Made by a program: the position numbers and the translations under genes. 64,000 nt of DNA, from NCBI GenBank assembly GCA_037441845.1, contig JBBIRK010000002.1, positions 32,001-96,000 of the forward strand. The letters are read 5' to 3'. This stretch comes from Candidatus Zixiibacteriota bacterium. GTDB taxonomy: Bacteria; Zixibacteria; MSB-5A5; UBA10806; 4484-95. Positions 49,188-58,241 of the stretch are shown in pieces; within the stretch, counting starts at the first letter, position 1; each line of letters starts with the position of its first letter. Below the pieces are notes generated by a model. The model was not told where the DNA came from and ran no database searches. It saw only the letters and a program-made list of their open reading frames with translations.

Positions 49188-50030
49188 ATGAATCATTACA
49201 ATCAATATAGCGATTCCGACATTCGGTCTAATATATGCACTGGCGATTCCATCCCAGGGTTCGGCTGCTGACGTTGCCGGTGATATATGCGGCGTATGGA
49301 ATCGGCTCGACAGCCCCTACATCATCGTCGGCGATATACGCGTGCCCCGTGATACCTCATTGATTATAGAGGCCGGTTGCCGTATTATATTCGCCGGACA
49401 TTATAGATTCACTATCGATTCAAGCGCCCAGTTGATCGCGCATGGAAGCGTCCAGGATTCGATCTTATTGACGGCGGCCGACGGCGCGGTCGGCCGGAAC
49501 GGCCTTCATTTTTACTCCGCCGACAGCGGTCATCTGAATTATTGCATCTTCGAATGGGGACGGAACTATATCCAGTAGGTCTATAGCGGCGGTGGAGCGA
49601 TCCATTGCAATCGACGCCGTTGTCGATCGCCTATTGCGATTTACGTTATAATTCCGTCCCGGAGCGGCTCGGCGGCGCAATCCACGCCGATAATTCCTTC
49701 CTGACAATCGTCAAATCGAACATGAGCAACAATTACCGCGGCATGGGAGGCGCAGCCATTTCCCTTAAGAATTGCCGTGCAAATGTCGAAAATTGCTTAA
49801 TAGCCAAAGATGCGACCTACTATCCACCAGGCGGCGAGCAGGCCGGAGCGATCCTTATGATCGCCCGTATGTCCGATTGCACGAAAAGCTGATTGCCGAC
49901 AATTTCTCCGGATATATTGGAGGCGGCATAGCAGCCGATCGCTCGACAGTTTTATTGTCGTCGAATACGATAAGTTACAATAGATATTGTCCCCAGCGGT
50001 CAGCCCCTCGAATCCGCGGCGGCGGATTTC
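49188..50030 (+). pseudogene. Degraded secreted right-handed parallel beta-helix repeat protein
   Basis: Coherent motifs (VAGDICGVW..DSPYIIVGDIRVP..SLIIEAG; GGAIH; GGGI..N) spread over several frames with stops. Confidence 0.75.
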
Positions 50031-51480
50031 AAGCCGTCGCCCTGTCGCCCAGGTTCCCCCTCGCCAGCGAGGCGAAAACGCCGCCGATACAAAGACCGGC
50101 GAAAACGGCGAAAGCTATTCGGGCGCTCTTGACCAGATACGAATAATGTTCCGGAGTCATCTTCGCCTTGCCGAATATCACCGCGAATATCAACATCACG
50201 ATCGCCATGCTCGACATCTGCCCGATCAGCCGCATCGATCCGACTATCGCGCTGGCGATACCGTAGCTGCGCCGATCGACCGAACTCATCACCGCATTGG
50301 TATTCGGCGAGGAAAATAAGGCGATCCCCAGTCCGAGAAGACAAAGGCAAAATATAATGAACCACCATGGCGTCGATTGCCCGAGAAAGGTCAATGATAA
50401 AAGCCCGATCAAAGTGACCAGCATCCCCGAGGAGGCTACCAGACGCGGTTCTATCCTATCGGACAACCGGCCGGCGTATGGAGCGAACAGGGTCTGCACC
50501 ACCGGCTGCGATATCATCACCAATCCGGCGTTTCGCGGAGACAACCCCTTATTATATTGAAGATACAGGCTCATCAAAAAACTCACGCCGGCGGTGGTGC
50601 TGTAATTGATCAAAGCGGCGAGGTTGGAAAAAGCGAACACCCGATTGCCGCGGAATAGATCGAGACTGATCAACGGCGACTCCGCCCGATTCTCCTGGCG
50701 TATAAATAAACCGAACGAAAGCAGCCCGATTCCGGTTACCACGAATCCCGCCCCCGAGGGGATTTTGGTCATGCCATAGATGAGCGAACATAAACTGACC
50801 GCCAGAGCAAGCGAGCCTATCAAATCGAACTTCTCCACCCCGGCCGGTTTCGCTTCTTCCGGCAGACCCTTCAACAGGAAAATCGTCACTACCAACCCGA
50901 GAGGTAAATTCAACCAAAAAATCCACCTCCAGCCGAATTGCTGGGTGATGGCGCCTCCGATAATCGGCCCGAGCGATAGTCCCAGATAAACCGCCCCAAC
51001 CGTTATGCCGAGCGCCTTGCCCCTCTCCCCGGGCAAATAGACATCCATCAAGATCGCCGTGCCGGTGGCGAATATCATGGCCGAGGCTACTCCTTGCGCC
51101 ATTCGACCCAATATCACCATCAACCCCGAAAACGACAATGCGATAAAGCAGGATATCACCGTGTATAAAATTATCCCGCGCAAAAACACCCGCCGCCTGC
51201 CGAACATATCGGCCAAACGGCCGAACGGAATCAGAAAAATCGCCGCCGTCAGCAAATACGAAGTCTGGACCCAGCTCAAAGATAAAGGATTCATATCGAA
51301 CTGCCGGCCGATCGTGGGCAGGGCTATGTTCACCGATGACCCCATGAACGTGCCCAGAAAAGCGCTCAGTGCCGCGGCTATCAACGCCGCTTTCTTGCCG
51401 AACCCGGAAACGGCCGCGCCGGAATCATCCATCGAATTCTTACCTCCTGCCCCGTTTTCTGCCAAAGTAGTCATAGGCAA
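50029..51480 (-). CDS. MFS transporter, DHA2 (14-TM drug:H+ antiporter) type
   Basis: VNIALPTI, GRLADMFGRRR, GPIIGG..GWRWIFWLNLPLG, FSSPN. Confidence 0.93.
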   Translation of the reverse strand: MPMTTLAENGAGGKNSMDDSGAAVSGFGKKAALIAAALSAFLGTFMGSSVNIALPTIGRQFDMNPLSLSWVQTSYLLTAAIFLIPFGRLADMFGRRRVFLRGIILYTVISCFIALSFSGLMVILGRMAQGVASAMIFATGTAILMDVYLPGERGKALGITVGAVYLGLSLGPIIGGAITQQFGWRWIFWLNLPLGLVVTIFLLKGLPEEAKPAGVEKFDLIGSLALAVSLCSLIYGMTKIPSGAGFVVTGIGLLSFGLFIRQENRAESPLISLDLFRGNRVFAFSNLAALINYSTTAGVSFLMSLYLQYNKGLSPRNAGLVMISQPVVQTLFAPYAGRLSDRIEPRLVASSGMLVTLIGLLSLTFLGQSTPWWFIIFCLCLLGLGIALFSSPNTNAVMSSVDRRSYGIASAIVGSMRLIGQMSSMAIVMLIFAVIFGKAKMTPEHYSYLVKSARIAFAVFAGLCIGGVFASLARGNLGDRATA

Positions 51481-51604
51481 TGGAAATTGTCAACCTGAAA
51501 CAACGGGATTATAATGCGAATACAAAACGGGGTAAAAAGACCGCGGTATCCATGACACGCGCCCTTATTCGTCGGCCGCAGCAGGGACGCAATTTCAATT
51601 CCGG

Positions 51605-52531
51605 TTATGATACGGTCGCATCAACCGTCGTCGCCTTGCCGTACCTTACCATACGGCAGATAGAATCGAACAGCTCCTCAAAACTGAGTTTTGTGATATG
51701 GGCGTTGGCTTTCAGAAACTCCACGCGGTTTTTCATTCCGGCGTCGCCGATGGAGGAATAGACTATCACCGGCAGATCCTTCAGCGTTGCGTCGTTTCTG
51801 ATCGCGCAGGTAAGCGCCAGCCCGTCCATACGAGGCATTTCGACGTCGGAAACCAGCAAATCGATATCGTTTTCGGTCTTCAACTTATCCCACGCCTGTG
51901 TGCCGTCGCCGGCCAAAACGACATCGAAACCGAGGTCAGTCAGTTCGGCCGCCAGCATATTTCTCACCGATGGCGAGTCCTCGGCGATCAGGATTTTCTT
52001 GCCTTGCCCCACATAATTTTCCGTCTTCACCCGGCTGCGTTCCCGCAATCCGAGTTCGGGGCAGATATCCAATATGATCGATTCGTAATCGAGCATCGGC
52101 ACCAACCGCTCACCGTCCGGTTTGACTATTCCGATTATATATTTCTGTTCGATTGTTTTCATCACGCTGGCGGCGTCGATCACGTCCTGCCAGTGAAAAT
52201 GATGAATCCACTCCACCGAATCGACGCGGAAAGCGTTCAATATGCCGAAAAATTCGGTGACGATTATCTTACCGAAAATTTCATTTCCGGTACGCCGGTC
52301 GAACCCCAAAAATTGCGCCAGATCTATCAATGGAATTATCGAACCGTTATCGCGGAACATGCCGGCTATGAATGGGCGGCTGCTCAAAGTGCTGGTCAGG
52401 CACTCCGGTTGAGCCACGATCTTTTGCACTTTTAGTATATTTATGCCGAAACATTTGCCGGCCACCCGATACTCGAGAATCCGTAATTCATTGCTTCCCG
52501 TTTTCAAATAAGACTCGGATTCGAACTGCAT
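51605..52531 (-). CDS. cheV: Chemotaxis protein CheV (CheW + receiver)
   Basis: LKTGSNELRILEY, FGINILKV, IIVTEF; receiver ILIAEDS, VSDVEMPRMDG. Confidence 0.92.
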   Translation of the reverse strand: MQFESESYLKTGSNELRILEYRVAGKCFGINILKVQKIVAQPECLTSTLSSRPFIAGMFRDNGSIIPLIDLAQFLGFDRRTGNEIFGKIIVTEFFGILNAFRVDSVEWIHHFHWQDVIDAASVMKTIEQKYIIGIVKPDGERLVPMLDYESIILDICPELGLRERSRVKTENYVGQGKKILIAEDSPSVRNMLAAELTDLGFDVVLAGDGTQAWDKLKTENDIDLLVSDVEMPRMDGLALTCAIRNDATLKDLPVIVYSSIGDAGMKNRVEFLKANAHITKLSFEELFDSICRMVRYGKATTVDATVS

Positions 52532-53268
52532 GTTTCCCTCCCGGCCGTTTTTACCGCAAAATGGAAAATAGCTCCTCCACCGACACGGCTTTCGGCCCAG
52601 ATTTTGCCCCCCATCGCCTCGGCCGCCAGTCTGCAAAAATACAGCCCGATCCCCGTGCCGCGATATTTATTCTCGCGCCTCAATTCGAGCTGTCGGTATT
52701 TCTCGAACAGGCCCGACGCATCGTTCTCCGAGAATCCTGACCCCCGATCGGACACTGAAACGATCGCCCTGCCGCCGCTTGGCGAAACCGAAATCTCGAC
52801 CGGCAACCCGGGCGGGGAATTTTTCAAAGCGTTGAACAAGAGATTATCGACCACTCTTAAAAAAAGCCTTTTATCCACTCTTGCACAAACGGCCGAAGAC
52901 AATTGCGGTGGACGTATCTCCACTCCATAATCATTCGCGCTCGCCTTTATCATCTCGATACAATCATTAAGGAGAACTCCCAAATCATAATCGGCGAGAT
53001 CGGCCGCTATTCCTATACTTTCCGCCCTGCCGGCCTCAAGTAGATCGTTGATAATGCTCTCGGCGCGCATAATCGCCCTTTCGGCGCTGCCGGCCAGATT
53101 GCGGTGATGCTGATTATTTATGTCGAATCTACCCGACACCACCAGTTTAAGCAGCCCTTTGACACTGGCCAGCGGAGCCTGCAGATCATGAGTCAGGATC
53201 GCCACGAAATCATGCAGGCGATCGATTTCATGGTCGGTCAGCTTGTCTTGTTCCGTCGTTTTGATCAT
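52504..53268 (-). CDS. Histidine kinase (HisKA + HATPase) lacking a sensor domain
   Basis: THDLQAPL H-box, NLLFNALK N-box, DRGSG, GTGIGLYFC. Confidence 0.9.
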   Translation of the reverse strand: MIKTTEQDKLTDHEIDRLHDFVAILTHDLQAPLASVKGLLKLVVSGRFDINNQHHRNLAGSAERAIMRAESIINDLLEAGRAESIGIAADLADYDLGVLLNDCIEMIKASANDYGVEIRPPQLSSAVCARVDKRLFLRVVDNLLFNALKNSPPGLPVEISVSPSGGRAIVSVSDRGSGFSENDASGLFEKYRQLELRRENKYRGTGIGLYFCRLAAEAMGGKIWAESRVGGGAIFHFAVKTAGRETCSSNPSLI

Positions 53269-53391
53269 ATCTCGCCTCGGGGCACTTCAACACCCCCCTG
53301 AACCGGTTTCGGCAGGCCGAACCCTCGTGAGGTTCCGCGACGCATTCGACCCGGCGCCTTGTTTTCCATATATCAGGCGGTGTATTTATTT

Positions 53392-53419
53392 GTGTCGGCA
53401 TTTGTTTCGCCGTGATTAA
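53392..53419 (-). promoter_or_regulatory. Possible sigma-28 promoter for the kinase-cheV operon
   Basis: TAAT-N15-GCCGACAC. Confidence 0.35.
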
Positions 53420-53575
53420 TCGGTCGTGACGTCACCGTTCGCTGATGTTGCGCGGAATAATAAGTTTATACGCCGCCGATAACAGCCGCCCAAACGACTA
53501 TAAAGGCCTGCTGCTTTGCGCCCCGCCGATCAATCGATTCCGCCGGAATATGATTCCAGCGGACTCGGTAAATAT

Positions 53576-53603
53576 TAAATTTGCCGTCGTATCATGCCGA
53601 TAA
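53576..53603 (+). promoter_or_regulatory. Putative sigma-28 (FliA/SigD) promoter
   Basis: TAAA-N16-GCCGATAA, about 30 nt before the GTG start. Confidence 0.65.
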
Positions 53604-53634
53604 TATAAATAACAGCCTGAAACCGGGGGCGTTC

Positions 53635-53841
53635 GTGAATATCTACTCGATAGGACTAAACGGCATAATAACCGATCTCGATCGCTTCAACGCGGCCGCC
53701 TATGAAATCAATCGAGGCGCCGATGATACGCTCGACGCTCAGATCGATATGTTGATCGCCGGTCATGCGATCTCCGCCAATCTCGAAACACTTAAAACCG
53801 CCGCCGGCATCCATCGCTTTTTGATAGATATTTTCGCCTGA
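53635..53841 (+). CDS. Small flagellar basal-body rod/hook terminal-domain-like protein
   Basis: IYSIGLNGI..RFNAAAYEI (N-terminal rod helix) joined directly to IDMLIAGHAISANLETLKTA..LIDIFA (C-terminal rod helix). Confidence 0.65.
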   Translation: MNIYSIGLNGIITDLDRFNAAAYEINRGADDTLDAQIDMLIAGHAISANLETLKTAAGIHRFLIDIFA

Positions 53842-53852
53842 TTCATTAAATC

Positions 53853-53880
53853 TGCAACTTTTATCCGCACCGTTTCGTAT
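53853..53880 (+). promoter_or_regulatory. Putative ECF-sigma promoter upstream of DUF5916 gene
   Basis: TGCAAC-N17-CGTAT; same motif at 9157-9184. Confidence 0.55.
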
Positions 53881-53923
53881 TTCCCGCCAGGTAGGTTAAG
53901 CAGCAGAATTCTCCTGCGGCAGT

Positions 53924-56332
53924 TTGGCAATTAAATCGTTTATGAGATCACTAATTCCGATTTTGGTTTGTTTGCTCGTACCGGCCGGAATCCTGGCCGC
54001 TGATGAAATTCCGGCGGTGCGCACCTATACCGCCGCCTATATCGACAAAGCTCCGGTTATCGATGGTTTCCTCGAGCCGGAAATATGGCAGGCGATTCCC
54101 GCCGCCGACAGTTTCATTCAGCGCCGCCCAGATCCCGGAAAACCGGCGACCGAACCGACCGAGGCCAGATTGGTCTACGATGATCAGGCGATATATGTGG
54201 CATTCACCTGTTACGACTCCGAACCGGACAAAATCATTCATCGAATATGCAAAAGAGATTCCGACGGCAATTCGGACTTCGTGGAGGTCGACATCGATTC
54301 GTATCACGACCATCGGACGGGATACACGTTCGTGGTCAACGCCGCCGGAATCCAGGAAGACGATTACCGTTACAAAGACGGCGAGGCTGATTTAGATTGG
54401 AATGCGGTCTGGCAGGCCGAGGCAAGATTAACCGATTTCGGCTGGACGGCCGAATTCAAAATCCCTTTCTCCTGCCTGCGTTTCAATAAAAGCGATCAGG
54501 AACAAACGTGGGGTATAAATTTCGTTCGTATAATCAGACGGAAAAACGAGACCGCCTTGTGGGCGCCGATTTTGCCGGAACAGCAAGGTTTCATCTCCAA
54601 ATTAGGGCATCTGGCCGGAATCAAAGTCCATGACGGGGGCGGCCGACTCGAAATTCTCCCCTATGCCGTTTCCAGCGCGCGGATGGAACCGCGCCGACCG
54701 GGCAATCCCGACGGCCGAGCCTACACGGCGAACAGCGGTCTCGATCTGAAATACAGCTTCACCCGCCGCTTCAATATGACTATTGACGCCGCCATCAATC
54801 CCGATTTCGGACAAGTCGAGGTCGACCCGGCGGTGCTCAATCTCACCACTTATGAGACCTTCTTCCCCGAGAAGAGGCCGTTTTTTATCGAGGGGAACAA
54901 ATATTTCGATACCGATTTCGACCTTTTTTATTCGCGAAGAATCGGAAGGGCACCGCGCGATTATCCACAAGACGCCGCCTACATTTTCGATTATCCGAAA
55001 ACGACCACCATCTTGGCGGCGGTTAAGGCGGTCGGCAAATCACCCGAGGGCTGGATTTTCGGAGCCATAAACGCGGTCACCGCCGAGGAGAAAATTCGCT
55101 ATGTCGACAACTCCGGAATCGCCAAAACCGCCGTGGTTGAAAATCCGGCGAACTATAACGTCATTCGTCTGAAAAGGGAATTCGACGGCGGATCCTCCAT
55201 CGGAATTATGTCAACTGGAGTTAACCAGCGCAGAGCCGTCCCCGTTTATACCGGCGGCGTGGATTGGACATATTCTTTCAAGAACCGCGCGTATTCCTGG
55301 GGGTTTCAAGCCGTCGGCTCGAAAAACGAAACCGGCGGCTGGGGATTCAACACCGGCTTCATGAAAAATTCCGGCAAGCATTTCCGCTGGTCGGTGGGCG
55401 TGGAGAAAGAATCGGAAAATCTGGACTTGAATCGGCTCGGCTACATACGGAGGAGCGATTATCAGGGCGGTTGGGGCTGGCTGCAATACAGAATTATCGC
55501 CGACTCCCGTATAATCAAAGAGCTGTATAACAACTTTAACTATTGGACCGGATTCAACGGCGACGGCGACCGCTTGAATTTCGGCGGCAATTACAATTTC
55601 TGGATGCTTTGGGCCAATAACTGGGGCAGCGGCGGCGGCATCGAAATGAACGGTCAACGTTTCGACGATCGCGAGACACGGGGCGGCCCGCTCTACATGA
55701 TACCGAGAGACTGGAGCTTCTGGGGCTCGGTGGATTCCGATTATTCGAAAAAGCTCGCTTATTCCACTTGGTTCTCCAACGGCAGATATCGCCACGGCCG
55801 ATATTTCTCAAGCGGCAATTCCCTGACTTTCAAACCAGATGACAACATCTCAGTGACCACAGGCCCCTCCTATGAGCGCACCTGGGATCAATATCGCTGG
55901 GTCGATACCCAAAGCGACAGCACCGGCCAAAGTTACATCTTCGCCAGGCTTAAAACCGAGATGATCGACCTTAACCTCAGGACTCTTATCACGTTCAATA
56001 AAAAAGCTAATGTCGAGGTTTATAGCCAGATACTGCTGGCCGCGGGCGCCTATAACGATTTCGTCAGGCTGGTGAATCCCGCCGCATTCGAACAATTGCC
56101 AGCCCCCTATCAAGGGAATCCCGATTTCCGCACCCATTCTTTCATTGTCAACGCCGTATTCACCTGGGAGTATTCCCCCGGTTCTACGATTTATATCGTA
56201 TTTACCCAGGGCCGAAGCCTATACGAAAATCTATCGGGAATGCTGGCCCCGACCCGGGATATAAGGCGGCTTTTTGAACTCGATGCCGAAAGCATTTTCC
56301 TGGTCAAGCTGAATTACTGGCTCGGCTATTGA
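53924..56332 (+). CDS. DUF5916-type outer-membrane protein with CBM9-like sugar-binding domain
   Basis: PVIDGFLE..W, GWTAEFKIPFSCLRF, NPDFGQVEVD, FFPEKRPFFIEG, LFYSRRIG. Confidence 0.88.
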   Translation: MAIKSFMRSLIPILVCLLVPAGILAADEIPAVRTYTAAYIDKAPVIDGFLEPEIWQAIPAADSFIQRRPDPGKPATEPTEARLVYDDQAIYVAFTCYDSEPDKIIHRICKRDSDGNSDFVEVDIDSYHDHRTGYTFVVNAAGIQEDDYRYKDGEADLDWNAVWQAEARLTDFGWTAEFKIPFSCLRFNKSDQEQTWGINFVRIIRRKNETALWAPILPEQQGFISKLGHLAGIKVHDGGGRLEILPYAVSSARMEPRRPGNPDGRAYTANSGLDLKYSFTRRFNMTIDAAINPDFGQVEVDPAVLNLTTYETFFPEKRPFFIEGNKYFDTDFDLFYSRRIGRAPRDYPQDAAYIFDYPKTTTILAAVKAVGKSPEGWIFGAINAVTAEEKIRYVDNSGIAKTAVVENPANYNVIRLKREFDGGSSIGIMSTGVNQRRAVPVYTGGVDWTYSFKNRAYSWGFQAVGSKNETGGWGFNTGFMKNSGKHFRWSVGVEKESENLDLNRLGYIRRSDYQGGWGWLQYRIIADSRIIKELYNNFNYWTGFNGDGDRLNFGGNYNFWMLWANNWGSGGGIEMNGQRFDDRETRGGPLYMIPRDWSFWGSVDSDYSKKLAYSTWFSNGRYRHGRYFSSGNSLTFKPDDNISVTTGPSYERTWDQYRWVDTQSDSTGQSYIFARLKTEMIDLNLRTLITFNKKANVEVYSQILLAAGAYNDFVRLVNPAAFEQLPAPYQGNPDFRTHSFIVNAVFTWEYSPGSTIYIVFTQGRSLYENLSGMLAPTRDIRRLFELDAESIFLVKLNYWLGY

Positions 56333-56382
56333 TCGGGCAGATGCCTCAAATCGGGCTTTGAAAAAAATCGACAAATAAAGTC

Positions 56383-56410
56383 TTGACAACTTCTGTCACT
56401 TAATTATAAT
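56383..56410 (+). promoter_or_regulatory. Consensus sigma-70 promoter with no downstream CDS
   Basis: TTGACA-N16-TATAAT. Confidence 0.75.
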
Positions 56411-56416
56411 TGATTT

Positions 56417-56493
56417 GCAAGGGTGAAACCTCCTCGTTTAGGTAGTTCCAGCCCCCCTCTACCTAAGCATAAGTTTCACCCTTCGTTTTTTTT
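56417..56493 (+). ncRNA. Candidate small RNA (long hairpin, anti-SD internal loop, C-rich apical loop, poly-U end)
   Basis: AAGGGTGAAAC/GTTTCACCCTT and GTTTAGGTAG/CTACCTAAGC stems, CTCCTC bulge, T8 tail. Confidence 0.65.
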
Positions 56494-56734
56494 ATAAGCG
56501 TTTTTTATCCCGGCCGTATTCGCTTCGCCTAAGGCGGTGCCGCCATGACTGACTGGAATGCACTCGGTCATCGGGATTAATCGCCCGCTTTCCGGGTTAT
56601 TTTGAACGATCGCACTCCGCCGCGCGGCTATTCGTTTGAACGTTTGCTTTTAAGATCGAACCGAGATTCCGATTCTGTATGCGGCTTTATCAATGGGGTT
56701 TCTATACCGACCCGCCGTTCAGTGGTTTCGATAA

Positions 56735-57376
56735 TCAAAGTCTCATGTTGCCCGATGAGTCTGAACGACTAAGGAAATAGCCTTTGATAACGGGGATTAT
56801 CTTATCCAGTGCCCGCCGCCGATGGCTGATCGAGTTCTTTTGCTCGGCGGTCATCTCGGCCAACGTCATGTTCGCGGCAGGCACGAAAAAAATCGGGTCG
56901 TAACCGAAACCGTTCTTTCCCTGCCGCCGCTCGAGGATTGCTCCCTCTATCGAACCCTCTGCCAGATGCTCTCTGCCGCCGCCGTCGATAAACGCCATCA
57001 CCGTGCGGAACCTTGCCTTTCTCGAGCTACGCGGCACACCTTCGAGATCGGCAAGCAGCTTTTCGCAGTTATCGTCATAGGTGGCCTCGGGGCCGGCATA
57101 ACGCGAGGAATATACCCCGGGCTCGCCGTCAAGGTAATCTACCTCCAGACCGGTGTCATCGGCCAGACAGGGAATTCGATATTTCTTCCAGACAGCTCGG
57201 GCCTTCTGCAATGCGTTTTCGGCCAAAGTCTCGCCGGTCTCTTCCGCCTCGGGGAAATCGGGAAAATCCGCCGCCCCCAGCACCTCGATATCCGCCTTTT
57301 CGAGTATACCCTTTATTTCCGCCAGCTTGTCCCGATTGTTGGTGGCAATAATGATTTTGAATCTTGCCGTGCCCAT
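56735..57376 (-). CDS. rdgB: Non-canonical purine NTP (XTP/dITP) pyrophosphatase
   Basis: ATNNRDKLAEI, ADDTGLEVDYLDGEPGVYSSRYAG, GFGYDPIF, KNSISHR. Confidence 0.96.
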   Translation of the reverse strand: MGTARFKIIIATNNRDKLAEIKGILEKADIEVLGAADFPDFPEAEETGETLAENALQKARAVWKKYRIPCLADDTGLEVDYLDGEPGVYSSRYAGPEATYDDNCEKLLADLEGVPRSSRKARFRTVMAFIDGGGREHLAEGSIEGAILERRQGKNGFGYDPIFFVPAANMTLAEMTAEQKNSISHRRRALDKIIPVIKGYFLSRSDSSGNMRL

Positions 57377-57379
57377 TGT

Positions 57380-58240
57380 TCAATAGAGATCGATATCGAT
57401 CTTGCTCACTTTGCCGATCGCGCGATTAAGAAAAATCCTGGCCATCCGCTTGAGTCGTTCTGGTGTATCGGACACATAAAAGCGATGGACCGGTGCGGTC
57501 TTGCGCGTAGCCGTCATTCCCGAATCCCGCAATATATCCTTCACCGCCCGGGCGGTCTCGTCGGCCGAATCTATCAGCTTGACGTTCGGCCCCATCACTT
57601 TTCCGATTACCTTTTTAAGCGGCGGGTAGTGAGTGCATCCGAGAACCAGCGTGTCGATCTTCTTTTTCTTCAATTCGGAAAGATAGTCCTCGGCGATTAA
57701 ATACGAAGCCTGCTTCTCGATATATCCGCTTTCGACAAGCGACACGAACAACGGGCAGGCCAGACCATGGATATTGAGCCCGTAATCCAGACTTTTCAAC
57801 GCCCTCGCGTAAGATTGCGAGGCGATTGTTCCTTCGGTGCCTATCACCCCGACCCGACGATTGACCGTGGCCTTGACCGCTGCCTTTGCCCCGGGCTCGA
57901 TTACGCCTACCATGGGGATATTGTATATCTGCCTTATATAGTCAAGCGCATGTGCCGAGGCGGTATTGCAGGCTACCACCACCATCTTGACTCCCTGCTC
58001 GAGCAGGAAATTGACGTTTTGCCTTGAAAACCTCCGGATCACGTCCGCGGATCTTATGCCGTAGGGGAAACGGCCGGTGTCGCCGAAATAAATAACCTGT
58101 TCCCGCGGAAGTTGGTTGAATATCTCTTTTACTACGGTAAGGCCGCCCACCCCCGAATCGAATATCCCGATCGGCCGGTTGCGATGGCTTCCGGAGATTT
58201 TTCCGGTTGATGTCGGCTTTGAATCCGCAGTCGATATCAT
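57380..58240 (-). CDS. murI: Glutamate racemase
   Basis: IGIFDSGVGGLTV, VVACNTAS, LVLGCTHYP. Confidence 0.97.
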   Translation of the reverse strand: MISTADSKPTSTGKISGSHRNRPIGIFDSGVGGLTVVKEIFNQLPREQVIYFGDTGRFPYGIRSADVIRRFSRQNVNFLLEQGVKMVVVACNTASAHALDYIRQIYNIPMVGVIEPGAKAAVKATVNRRVGVIGTEGTIASQSYARALKSLDYGLNIHGLACPLFVSLVESGYIEKQASYLIAEDYLSELKKKKIDTLVLGCTHYPPLKKVIGKVMGPNVKLIDSADETARAVKDILRDSGMTATRKTAPVHRFYVSDTPERLKRMARIFLNRAIGKVSKIDIDLY

Positions 58241-58241
58241 C

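Noticed and set aside
49188..50030. Programmed frameshifting or stop-codon recoding
   Set aside because: Too many independent lesions, no slippery sites; simple decay is more likely
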